From Haliotis cracherodii (Eukaryota): a stretch of 64,000 nt of DNA. A program made the position numbers and the translations under genes. Of the stretch, positions 53,323 to 64,000 are shown one piece after another. The stretch spans positions 36,766,001-36,830,000 of the forward strand of contig NW_027266265.1 in assembly GCF_022045235.1 (NCBI RefSeq), in the 5' to 3' direction. How positions within the stretch are numbered: position 1 is the first letter of the stretch; each line of letters begins with the position of its first letter. The notes beneath the pieces were generated by a model. The model was not told the origin of the DNA. It made no database searches and was given only the letters and a program-made list of their open reading frames with translations.

Positions 53323-55230
53323 GTTATTATCACCTGCAGTGTGATGCTGGCTATTTATGTATTTTCTCAAACCAATGGAATTGGTTCAATAAAATCTTGT
53401 CATATTTATTTACGCCTTGAAATTTGTTTGAAAATCTTAATCTGAATTGAATGTTCACAATGGAAGAGTGATCTATGTTTCTCCATATTGTAAACTGTGG
53501 ACATAGTACGTGTTGTCGACCAATATATCCAAGCACACTTCAATGATATTGCGTTTTACTGCTAGCTGAGATATCAACTACTGAAATGTGCTATTAAGTT
53601 CCTGAGGAAACCGGACATGATGATAAGAGGAGGGATTTTATGCTTGATATATCTCCCACAAAATGTCACTTACCCGAGTTCATGTTTCACGGGAATGTAT
53701 CATTTGGGCTGCCAGAAAAGGGTTGGATAGCCATTTAAGTACCATAATATCTTGAATTGGCTGTCTGTATTTCAATTTGCATTTTAAAAACATGCAGCGA
53801 AACAAATAAGCAGGCGTGTCAATTTTTGTCAAAGCAGTCATTGACGGTATCAAGGGGTAGACAGTGTGCACTGTATTGAAATGCAAATGTGTGCGCTGTC
53901 CTTGAAAATGAGCGATAGTTGTATTCAGAATACAATCTACATGTTGTTATGGCGCTTTGTATAAATAATATCTGAGCTGCTGCAATAAAACAAACCCGAA
54001 AGCCATAGTGATGTAGAGCATCAAAACAAATGTTGCAAGATTCTTACTGCTTGGTTAGAAGGGAATGCATACAGTTGGAATTTCCATGACAATAACATAT
54101 CTTTACAGTTTATCAATTACACAAACAAAACGATTGAATTCAAAAGTAACTATTAAATACGCTTGTCCGGGTATAGCTTATCAACCTACGAATTTTTTGT
54201 AATTTCCATCAAACATGTACTTCTTGATTTGATGATGCAATTTAACATTTTGCATACTGCTTATGTAATTAATAGGAGAAGTATCTATATAGATATTTAG
54301 TTGTGTGTTTACTAACCACCTTCCCTGTAGGCGCTATTTGTAAAATACATATTGATTAAATCAGACCGCGAATTTGAAGATTCCGAACTGGATTGGTAGG
54401 ATTGAAGATCACAATGAACAAACAAATAGCTAATATATCCCTATTGCTTGACTACAAAGCAAAAGTGACAATCATTTATCAATACAAAGGAGATTGCATT
54501 TGGTAACTGTAGAGAGTGAAATTCAGCGGAATAAATGGTCCAACTTTAAAGCGTGGCATAAGTCTTTATAACAACAACCATGTCTATCTTTGAAAACACC
54601 TTTGTGTTATACTTTAAGAGCATTTTCTTCTGAAAACACACGTCTTTACTTTTAGATGTACGTTTTTTCTGGGCAACCCTTATATAGTTACACATTGTCA
54701 AACTGATTTGCGCGTGTTTTATTCTTGGTAAGAGTTTTGGTCTAAACACGCCTCATCACTATCAAAACTGCTTCATCATGTCAAGGGCATACGTAAAGGG
54801 TAGAGACGATTTATATACTTTCTTCTAATGTTTACGACCTAATACATTTTAGCACAATCTTGCCTTTTACACCCAATGAAATCTGTTTCAGCAGATAATC
54901 GAGCCTGAATATTCTCTGGCGTTGACGATTTATGTAGTTAAATGGTCATCACTGAATGATTATTATATCAATATTCAGGCGTTATCTATAGAAATTGAGA
55001 TATCAAATTTAGTGATGCTCGTATTATCACAAATTCCTTGATAATGAAGTGTACAATCATCAAGATGGTATGTTGAAGATAAGAGAGTTTTCTCAAGAAA
55101 CGCAGTTGCAAATAAACGCCACAAAACCCTTTTCAGAATCATTCGAAAGCTGTGCTCGAAGCAGAGGCCATTGTACGATTCCGACTATAATGATCACAAG
55201 CATGTGCGTATGAATGACTATCAGATAGTG

Positions 55231-55498
55231 GATTCCGGGGTAGAATAGGTCTTCAGCAACCCATGCTTGCCGTAAAAGGTGGATATATATGCTTGTCGTA
55301 AAAGGCGACTAACGGGATCGGGTGGTCAGGCTCGCTGACTTGGTTGATGCATGTCATCGATCCCAATTGCGTGGATCGATGCTAATGATTTTAATCACTG
55401 GATTGTCTGGTCCAGACTCGATTATTTACAGACCGCCGTCATATAGCTGGAATATTGTTGAGTGCGGCGTTAAACAACCAACCAACCAACTAACCAAC
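55231..55498 (+). mobile_element. SINE family B, unit 14
   Basis: As unit 11. Confidence 0.78.
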
Positions 55499-56104
55499 CA
55501 GATAGTGATGATACCTGGCGGTTGCCAAAAAGTAAGCGTATCCTTCCTCATCGGTTCCACCGTCACAAACACATATAAAGACAAGTCAACAAAGACGAGA
55601 AAACAAGCTGTTGTTCATATGTCAATCATGTTTTCAGAAGACATTGATGTACTTTCGGCTTTTAACAGATACTACACGCATAAAAAGATGTTGTGAGTTT
55701 TCATAGTGACAGTCCCTTTGTGAGAAGAAACCAATATATGTCCCTTTCAGTTAGGAAATAAAGCTGTTGTAGTTTATAGTTATTGTGCAGTAAGATAAAT
55801 AAAATTCGGGGAGAATAATGTAGTATCTGGGAACTTCTGCAGTATATTCAGCAGAAGCTATTTTCTTGTGAGCAGGCTGCTGTATTACACGGAAACGGTT
55901 AGCATAGTTGACCCCGTGTGGTACAGTGCTACTGCAGTACTGTGGCGAGGCTGTACTGGTGTGTTGCGTCAGTTTTCTGGTCTCTTGTTATGTCGTATCA
56001 CACAGATGCATTATAATGTCTGATGTATGTTGCTCCCACATCATATATTTACTGGATACACACTTTTCAGACCATTATCGAATATTTACTTAATATAGGT
56101 TAAA

Positions 56105-56269
56105 GTGAGTGAGTGAGTATGGTTTTACGCCGCTTTTAGCAATATTCCAGCAATATCAAGGCGGGGACACCAGCAATGGGCTTCACACATTGTACCCATG
56201 TCGGAAATCGAACCCGTGTCTTCGGCGTAACGAGCGAACGCTTTAACCGCTAGGCTACCCGACCGCCCC
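56105..56269 (-). mobile_element. SINE family A, unit 14
   Basis: Array copy. Confidence 0.85.
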
Positions 56270-56923
56270 TAAATAATATAGGTTAAACATTGATTATCGA
56301 GGACTGTTTGAAATGCAGTTAGACGATGCCAGAGAGAGTGTGTCTGTTTGCCACCTTTATATACGTTGTCTTGTACTTCCTTAATCGATGTTTCATGAAT
56401 AGCAGCTCGCATGTGTACCCGTAGGGTGATAACCTCGGGCCCTTTGATGCGAAAAGAATGCTTTACACCATTAAGCTGAGGTGCGTTACTTACCTGGAAG
56501 TGGCCAGCCCAAGGTAAATCAATCACGTATAATTCACAAATGGTATATATAAAGGACGGGGGAAACTGTTCCATCATCTCTTATCTTCACCTTCCGTTGA
56601 GACACAGACAGATACGAGTAAAGACCAAACTGCAAGTACTATTTTAAGCTTTGCTTGTGATATATATGTATACTTTTAATTTTTGATTCATCTGCTGCGC
56701 ATCTGGCTGTTTTTAATCTGCATGTTGAGCCAATTTATAAAAGTACGAATATGTAACATAAAACGTTCTTGTAAACTGGGAAATATATGAATGCGGGTGA
56801 AAGCAAAACTGATAACATAATTCACAATGAGTGGTGTGAACTGAATTTACCAGATATGTAACGATAACATGCTGTTTTACCTTTCTTGACAATGATTTTC
56901 ACGTTACTCAATAGATACTCAAA

Positions 56924-57549
56924 ATGATGAAGATAGTCGCCGCTCTTGTTGCCTGCCTGGCTGTTACCGCCTTTGCCGAGCCTACCGGTCTGTATGGTGG
57001 AATTGGCGGGTTGAAAGGAGGACTGGGCGGAATTGGCTACGGAATGGGTGGATTGTACGGAGGCCTTGGAGGTCTTGGAGGCTATGGAGGTCTTGGAGGC
57101 TATGGAGGTCTATACGGAGGCATGGGAGGTCTATACGGAGGCATGGGAGGTCTATACGGAGGCATTGGAGGTCTATACGGAGGCAAATACGGATACGGCA
57201 TGGGAGGTCTGTACGGAGGACTTGGAGGCTATGGTGGTCTCTACGGAATGGGAGGATACGGAATTGGATTGGGCAAAGGTATTTCACAAAATATGATATC
57301 ACTTGTTTATCGTATCCGTAAATATACCTCCAGTCTCGTTTGCAAAATTGTATAATTTACCTATGTGGTATTACTATTTTCCGCGACAAAGCTGATGACA
57401 TTTACAAAACATCTTTAAAACTATTCTCTGCTTTCTCTAATATTTGGTATAATTTATCATGCAGCTAGTTTCAAGACTTCGTTGTGACTTATCCATACAT
57501 CCCAACTTTATTCTACTATTTTTTTGTTTCAGGTATCGGCTATTATTGA
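56924..57549 (+). CDS. Gly/Tyr-rich secreted protein copy 14, 123 aa; join(56924..57278,57533..57549)
   Basis: Extra GGLGGY, two GGMGGLY, one GGIGGLY, no MH insertion. Confidence 0.88.
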
Positions 57550-59471
57550 GTTATTATCACCTGCAGTGTGATGCTGTCTATTTATGTATTTTCTCAAACC
57601 AATGGAATTGGTTCAATAAAATCTTGTCATATTTATTTACGCCTTGAAATTTGTTTGAAAATCTGAATCTGAATTGAATGTTCACAATGGAAGAGTGATC
57701 TATGTTTCGCCATATTGTAAACTGTGGACATAGTACGTGTTGTCGACAAATATATCCAAGCACACTTCAATGATATTGCGTTTTACTGCTAGCTGAGATA
57801 TCAACTACTGAAATGTGCTATTAAGTTCCTGAGGAAACCGGACATGATGATAAGAGGAGGGATTTTATGCTTGATATATCTCCCACAAAATGTCACTTAC
57901 CCGAGTTCATGTTTCACGGGAATGTATCATTTGGGCTGCCAGAAAAGGGTTGGATAGCCATTTAAGTACCATAATATCTTGAATTGGCTGTCTGTATTTC
58001 AATTTGCATTTTAAAAACATGCAGCGAAACAAATAAGCAGGCGTGTCAATTTTTGTCAAAGCAGTCATTGACGGTATCAAGGGGTAGACAGTGTGCACTG
58101 TATTGAAATGCAAATGTGTGCGCTGTCCTTGAAAATGAGCGATAGTTGTATTCAGAATACAATCTACATGTTGTTATGGCGCTTTGTATAAATAATATCT
58201 GAGCTGCTGCAATAAAACAAACCCGAAAGCCATAGTGATGTAGAGCATCAAAACAAATGTTGCAAGATTCTTACTGCTTGGTTAGAAGGGAATGCATACA
58301 GTTGGAATTTCCATGACAATAACATATCTTTACAGTTTATCAATTACACAAACAAAACGATTGAATTCAAAAGTAACTATTAAATACGCTTGTCCGGGTA
58401 TAGCTTATCAAACTACGATTTTTTTGTAATTTCCATCAAACATGTACTTCTTGATTTGATGATGCAATTTAACATTTTGCATACTGCTTATGTAATTAAT
58501 AGGAGAAGTATCTATATAGATATTTAGTTGTGTGTTTACTAACCACCTTCCCTGTAGGTGCTATTTGTAAAATACATATTGATTAAATCAGACCGCGAAT
58601 TTGAAGATTCCGAACTGGATTGGTAGGATTGAAGATCACAATGAACAAACAAATAGCTAATATATCCCTATTGTTTGACTACAAAGCAAAAGTAACAATC
58701 ATTTATCAATATAAAGGAGATTGCATTTGGTAACTGTAGAGAGTGAAATTCAGCGGAATAAATGGTCCAACTTTAAAGCGTGGCATAAGTCTTTATAACA
58801 ACAACCATGTCTATCTTTGAAAACACCTTTGTGTTATACTTTAAGAGCATTTTCTTCTGAAAACACACGTCTTTACTTTTAGATGTACGGTTTTTCTGGG
58901 CAACCCTTATATAGTTACACATTGTCAAACTGATTTGCGCGTGTTTTATTCTTGGTAAGAGTTTTGGTCTAAACACGCCTTAAAAGAACACAATCATCAC
59001 TATCACTACTGCTTCATCATGTCAAGGGCATACGTAAAGGGTAGAGACGATTTATATACTTTCTTCTAATGTTTACGACTTAATACATTTTAGCACAATC
59101 TTGCCTTTTACACCCAATGAAATCTGTTTCAGCAGATAATCGAGCCTGAATATTCTCTGGCGTTGACGATTTATGTAGTTAAATGGTCATCATTGAATGA
59201 TTATTATATCAATATTCAGGCGTTATCTATAGAAATTGAGATATCAAATTTAGTGATGCTCGTATTATCACAAATTCCTTGATAATGAAGTGTACAATTA
59301 TCAAGATAATATGTTGAAGATAAGAGAGTTTTCTCAAGAAACGCAGTTGCAAATAAACGCCACAAAACCCTTTTCAGAATCATTCGAAAGCTGTGCTCGA
59401 AGCAGAGGCCATTGTACGATTCCAACTATAATGATCACAAGCATGTGCGTATGAATGACTATCAGATAGTG

Positions 59472-59725
59472 GATTCCGGGGTAGAATAGGTCTTCAGCAA
59501 CCCATGCTTGCCGTAAAAGGTGGATATATATGCTTGTCGTAAAAGGCGACTAACGGGATCGGGTGGTCAGGCTCGCTGACTTGGTTGATGCATGTCATCG
59601 ATCCCAATTGCGTGGATCGATGCTAATGATTTTAATCACTGGATTGTCTGGTCCAGACTCGATATATAGCTGGAATATTGTTGAGTGCGGCGTTAAACAA
59701 CCAACCAACCAACCAACTAACCAAC
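59472..59725 (+). mobile_element. SINE family B, unit 15
   Basis: As unit 11, with an internal ~18-bp deletion and one extra CAAC. Confidence 0.78.
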
Positions 59726-60291
59726 CAGATAGTGATGATACCTGGCTGTTGCCAAAAAGTAAGCGTATCCTTCCTCATCGGTTCCACCGTCACAAACACA
59801 TATAAAGACAAGTCAACAAAGACGAGAAAACAAGCTGTTGTTCGGCTTTTAACAGATACTACACGCATAAAAAGATGTTGTGAGTTTTCATAGTGACAGT
59901 CCCTTTGTGAGAAGAAACCAATATATGTCCCTTTCAGTTAGGAAATAAAGCTGTTGTAGTTTATAGTTATTGTGCAGTAAGATAAATAAAATTCGGGGAG
60001 AATAATGTAGTATCTGGGGACTGCTGCAGTATATTCAGCAGAAGCTATTTTCTTGTGAGCAGGCTGCTGTATTACACGGAAACGGTTAGCATAGTTGACC
60101 CCGTGTGGTACAGTGCTACTGCAGTACTGTGGCGAGGCTGTACTGGTGTGTTGCGTCAGTTTTCTGGTCTCTTGTTATGTCGTATCACACAGATGCATTA
60201 TAATGTCTGATGTATGTTGCTCCCACATCATATATTTACTGGATACACACTTTTCAGACCATTATCGAATATTTACTTAATATAGGTTAAA

Positions 60292-60459
60292 GTGAGTGAG
60301 TAAGTATGGTTTTACGCCGCTTTTAGCAATATTCCAGCAATATCACGGCGGGGACACCAGCAATGGGCTTCACACATTGTACCCATGTCGGAAATCGAAC
60401 CCGTGTCTTCGGCGTTATAACGAGCGAACGCTTTAACCACTAGGCTACCCGAACGCCCC
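60292..60459 (-). mobile_element. SINE family A, unit 15
   Basis: Array copy. Confidence 0.85.
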
Positions 60460-61109
60460 TAAATAATATAGGTTAAACATTGAGTATCGAGGACTGTTTG
60501 AAATGCAGTTAGACGATGCCAGAGAGAGTGTCTCTGTTTGCCACCTTTATATACGTTGTCTTGTACTTCCTTAATCGGTGTTTCATGAATAGCAGCTCGC
60601 ATGTGTACCCGTAGGGTGATAACCTCGGGCCCTTTGATGCGAAAAGAATGCTTTACACCATTAAGCTGAGGTGCGTTACTTACCTGGAAGTGGCCAGCCC
60701 AAGGTAAATCAATCACGTATAATTCACAAATGGTATATATAAAGGACGGGGGAAACTGTTCCATCATCTCTTATCTTCACCTTCCGTTGAGACACAGATA
60801 CGAGTAAAGACCAAACTGCAAGTACTATTTTAAGCTTTGCTTGTGATATATATGTATACTTTTATTTTTTGATTCATCTGCTGCGCATCTGGCTGCTTTT
60901 AATCTTCATGTTGAGCCAATTTATAAAAGTACGAATATGTAACATAAAACGTTCTTGTAAATTGGGAAATATATGAATGCGGGTGAAAGTAAAACTGATA
61001 ACATAATTCACAATGAGTGGTGTGAACTGAATTTACCAGATGAGTAACGATAACATGCTATTTTACCTTTCTTGACAATGATTTTCACGTTACTCAAAAA
61101 ATACTCAAA

Positions 61110-61714
61110 ATGATGAAGATAGTCGCCGCTCTTGTTGCCTGCCTGGCTGTTACCGCCTTTGCCGAGCCTACCGGTCTGTATGGTGGAATTGGCGGGTTGA
61201 AAGGAGGACTGGGCGGAATTGGCTACGGAATGGGTGGATTGTACGGAGGCCTTGGAGGTCTTGGAGGCTATGGAGGTCTTGGAGGCTATGGAGGTCTATA
61301 CGGAGGCATGGGAGGTCTATACGGAGGCATTGGAGGTCTATACGGAGGCAAATACGGATACGGCATGGGAGGTCTGTACGGAGGACTTGGAGGCTATGGT
61401 GGTCTCTACGGAATGGGAGGATACGGAATTGGATTGGGCAAAGGTATTTCACAAAATATGATATCATTTGTTTATCGTATCCGTAAATATACCTCCAGTC
61501 TCGTTTGCAAAATTGTATAATTTACCTATGTGGTATTACTATTTTCCGCGTCAAAGCTGATGACATTTACAAAACATCTTTAAAACTATTCTCTGCTTTC
61601 TCTAATATTTGGTATAATTTATCATGCAGCTAGTTTCAAGACTTCGTTGTGACTTATCCATACATCCCAACTTTATTCTACTATTTTTTTGTTTCAGGTA
61701 TCGGCTATTATTGA
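61110..61714 (+). CDS. Gly/Tyr-rich secreted protein copy 15, 116 aa; join(61110..61443,61698..61714); candidate intron-1 acceptor lost
   Basis: Frame intact, but upstream CAATAG has become CAAAAA at 61095-61100. Confidence 0.78.
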
Positions 61715-63636
61715 GTTATTATCACCTGCAGTGTGATGCTGGCTATTTATGTATTTTCTCAAACCAATGGAATTGGTTCAATAAAATCTTGTCATATTTA
61801 TTTACGCCTTGAAATTTGTTTGAAAATCTTAATCTGAATTGAATGTTCACAATGGAAGAGTGATCTATGTTTCTCCATATTGTAAACTGTGGACATAGTA
61901 CGTGTTGTCGACAAATATATCCAAGCACACTTCAATGATATTGCGTTTTACTGCTAGCTGAGATATCAACTACTGAAATGTGCTATTAAGTTCCTGAGGA
62001 AACCGGACATGATGATAAGAGGAGGGATTTTATGCTTGATATATCTCCCACAAAATGTCACTTACCCGAGTTCATGTTTCACGGGAATGTATCATTTGGG
62101 CTGCCAGAAAAGGGTTTGATAGCCATTTAAGTACCATAATATCTTGAATTGGCTGTCTGTATTTCAATTTGCATTTTAAAAACATGCAGCGAAACAAATA
62201 AGCAGGCGTGTCAATTTTTGTCAAAGCAGTCATTGACGATATCAAGGGGTAGACAGTGTGCACTGTATTGAAATGCAAATGTGTGCGCTGTCCTTGAAAA
62301 TGAGCGATAGTTGTATTCACAATACAATCTACATGTTGTTATGGCGCTTTGTATAAATAATATCTGAGCTGCTGCAATAAAACAAACCCGAAAGCCATAG
62401 TGATGTAGAGCATCAAAACAAATGTTGCAAGATTCTTACTGCTTGGTTAGAAGGGAATGCATACAGTTGGAATTTCCATGACAATAACATATCTTTACAG
62501 TTTATCAATTACACAAACAAAACGATTGAATTCAAAAGTAACTATTAAATACGCTTGTCCGGGTATAGCTTATCAAACTACGATTTTTTTGTAATTTCCA
62601 TCAAACATGTACTTCTTGATTTGATGATGCAATTTAACACTTTGCATACTGCTTATGTAATTAATAGGAGAAGTATCTATATAGATATTTAGTTGTGTGT
62701 TTACTAACCACCTTCCCTGTAGGCGCTATTTGTAAAATACATATTGATTAAATCAGACCGCGAATTTGAAGATTCCGAACTGGATTGGTAGGATTGAAGA
62801 TTACAATGAACAAACAAATAGCTAATATATCCCTATTGTTTGACTACAAAGCAAAAGTGACAATCATTTATCAATATAAAGGAGATTGCATTTGGTAACT
62901 GTAGAGAGTGAAATTCAGCGGAATAAATGGTCCAACTTTAAAGCGTGGCATAAGTCTTTATAACAACAACCATGTCTATCTTTGAAAACACCTTTGTGTT
63001 ATACTTTAAGAGCATTTTCTTCTGAAAACACACGTCTTTACTTTTAGATGTACGGTTTTTCTGGGCAACCCTTATATAGTTACACATTGTCAAACTGATT
63101 TGCGCGTGTTTTATTCTTGGTAAGAGTTTTGGTCTAAACACGCCTTAAAAGAACACAATAATCACTATCACTACTGCTTCATCATGTCAAGGGCATACGT
63201 AAAGGGTAGAGACGATTTATATACATTCTTCTAATGTTTACGACCTAATACATTTTAGCACAATCTTGCCTTTTACACCCAATGAAATCTGTTTCAGCAG
63301 ATAATCGAGCCTGAATATTCTCTGGCGTTGAGGATTTATGTAGTTAAAGGGTCATCATTGAATGATTATTATATCAATATTCAGGCGTTATCTATAGAAA
63401 TTGAGATATCAAATTTAGTGATGCTCGTATTATCACAAATTCCTTGATAATGAAGTGTACAATTATCAAGATGATATGTTGAAGATAAGAGAGTTTTCTC
63501 AAGAAACGCAGTTGCAAATAAACGCCACAAAACCCTTTTCAGAATCATTCGAAAGCTGTGCTCGAAGCAGAGGCCATTGTACGATTCCGACTATAATGAT
63601 CACAAGCATGTGCGTATGAATGACTATCAGATAGTG

Positions 63637-63904
63637 GATTCCGGGGTAGAATAGGTCTTCAGCAACCCATGCTTGCCGTAAAAGGTGGATATATATGCTT
63701 GTCGTAAAAGGCGACTAACGGGATCGGGTGGTCAGGCTCGCTGACTTGGTTGATGTATGTCATCGATCCCAATTGCGTGGATCGATGCTAATGATTTTAA
63801 TCACTGGATTGTCTGGTCCAGACTCGATTATTTACAGACCGCCGTCATATAGCTGGAATATTGTTGAGTGCGGCGTTAAACAACCAACCAACCAACTAAC
63901 CAAC
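63637..63904 (+). mobile_element. SINE family B, unit 16
   Basis: As unit 11. Confidence 0.78.
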
Positions 63905-64000
63905 CAGATAGTGATGATACCTGGCGGTTGCCAAAAAGTAAGCGTATCCTTCCTCATCGGTTCCACCGTCACAAACACATATAAAGACAAGTCAACAAAG

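Larger units (their letters stand above)
1..64000 (+). repeat. Head-to-tail tandem gene array, ~4.2 kb unit, 15 units plus a partial 16th; extends beyond both window ends
   Basis: Sequence at 1 recurs at 4241. The same ORF set recurs at 648, 4888, 8457, 12678, 16920, 21163, 25380, 29598, 33842, 38091, 42337, 46579, 50955, 55322, 59563 and 63728. Period is mostly 4.17-4.38 kb, and 3569 bp for the doubly deleted unit 2. Confidence 0.99.

Noticed and set aside
1-64000. CRISPR array, prokaryotic operon or pure assembly artefact
   Set aside because: There is no repeat-spacer structure, and introns, TATA, poly(A) signal and SINEs indicate an animal genome. Unit-specific indels, insertions and a divergence gradient argue that the copies are real, though the exact number of left-hand copies needs read support.

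Overview
The whole 64 kb window is a eukaryotic head-to-tail tandem array of a ~4.2 kb unit: 15 units plus the start of a 16th, running off both ends. It is probably molluscan; from recall, the SINEs resemble abalone (Haliotis)-type elements. Each unit carries one small + strand gene. The predicted structure is a TATA box, a probable non-coding exon 1, exon 2 (signal peptide plus GGLYG/GGMGGLY repeats) and a 17-nt coding exon 3 that the ORF track misses. The product is a 110-125 aa secreted Gly/Tyr/Leu/Met-rich structural protein ending ...GLGKGIGYY*. Fourteen copies have intact coding frames and one (copy 2) has lost its start and signal peptide. Every unit also carries two old SINEs upstream of the gene, each with a recognisable target-site duplication (TSD). 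Units 12 and 13 carry an extra, younger SINE insertion that forms an inverted pair near the promoter. Variation is graded: the left copies are near-identical and look derived, while the right copies are more diverse and keep ancestral states. All coding indels in the intact copies are in frame. The other ORFs in the track appear to be non-coding or shadow frames.
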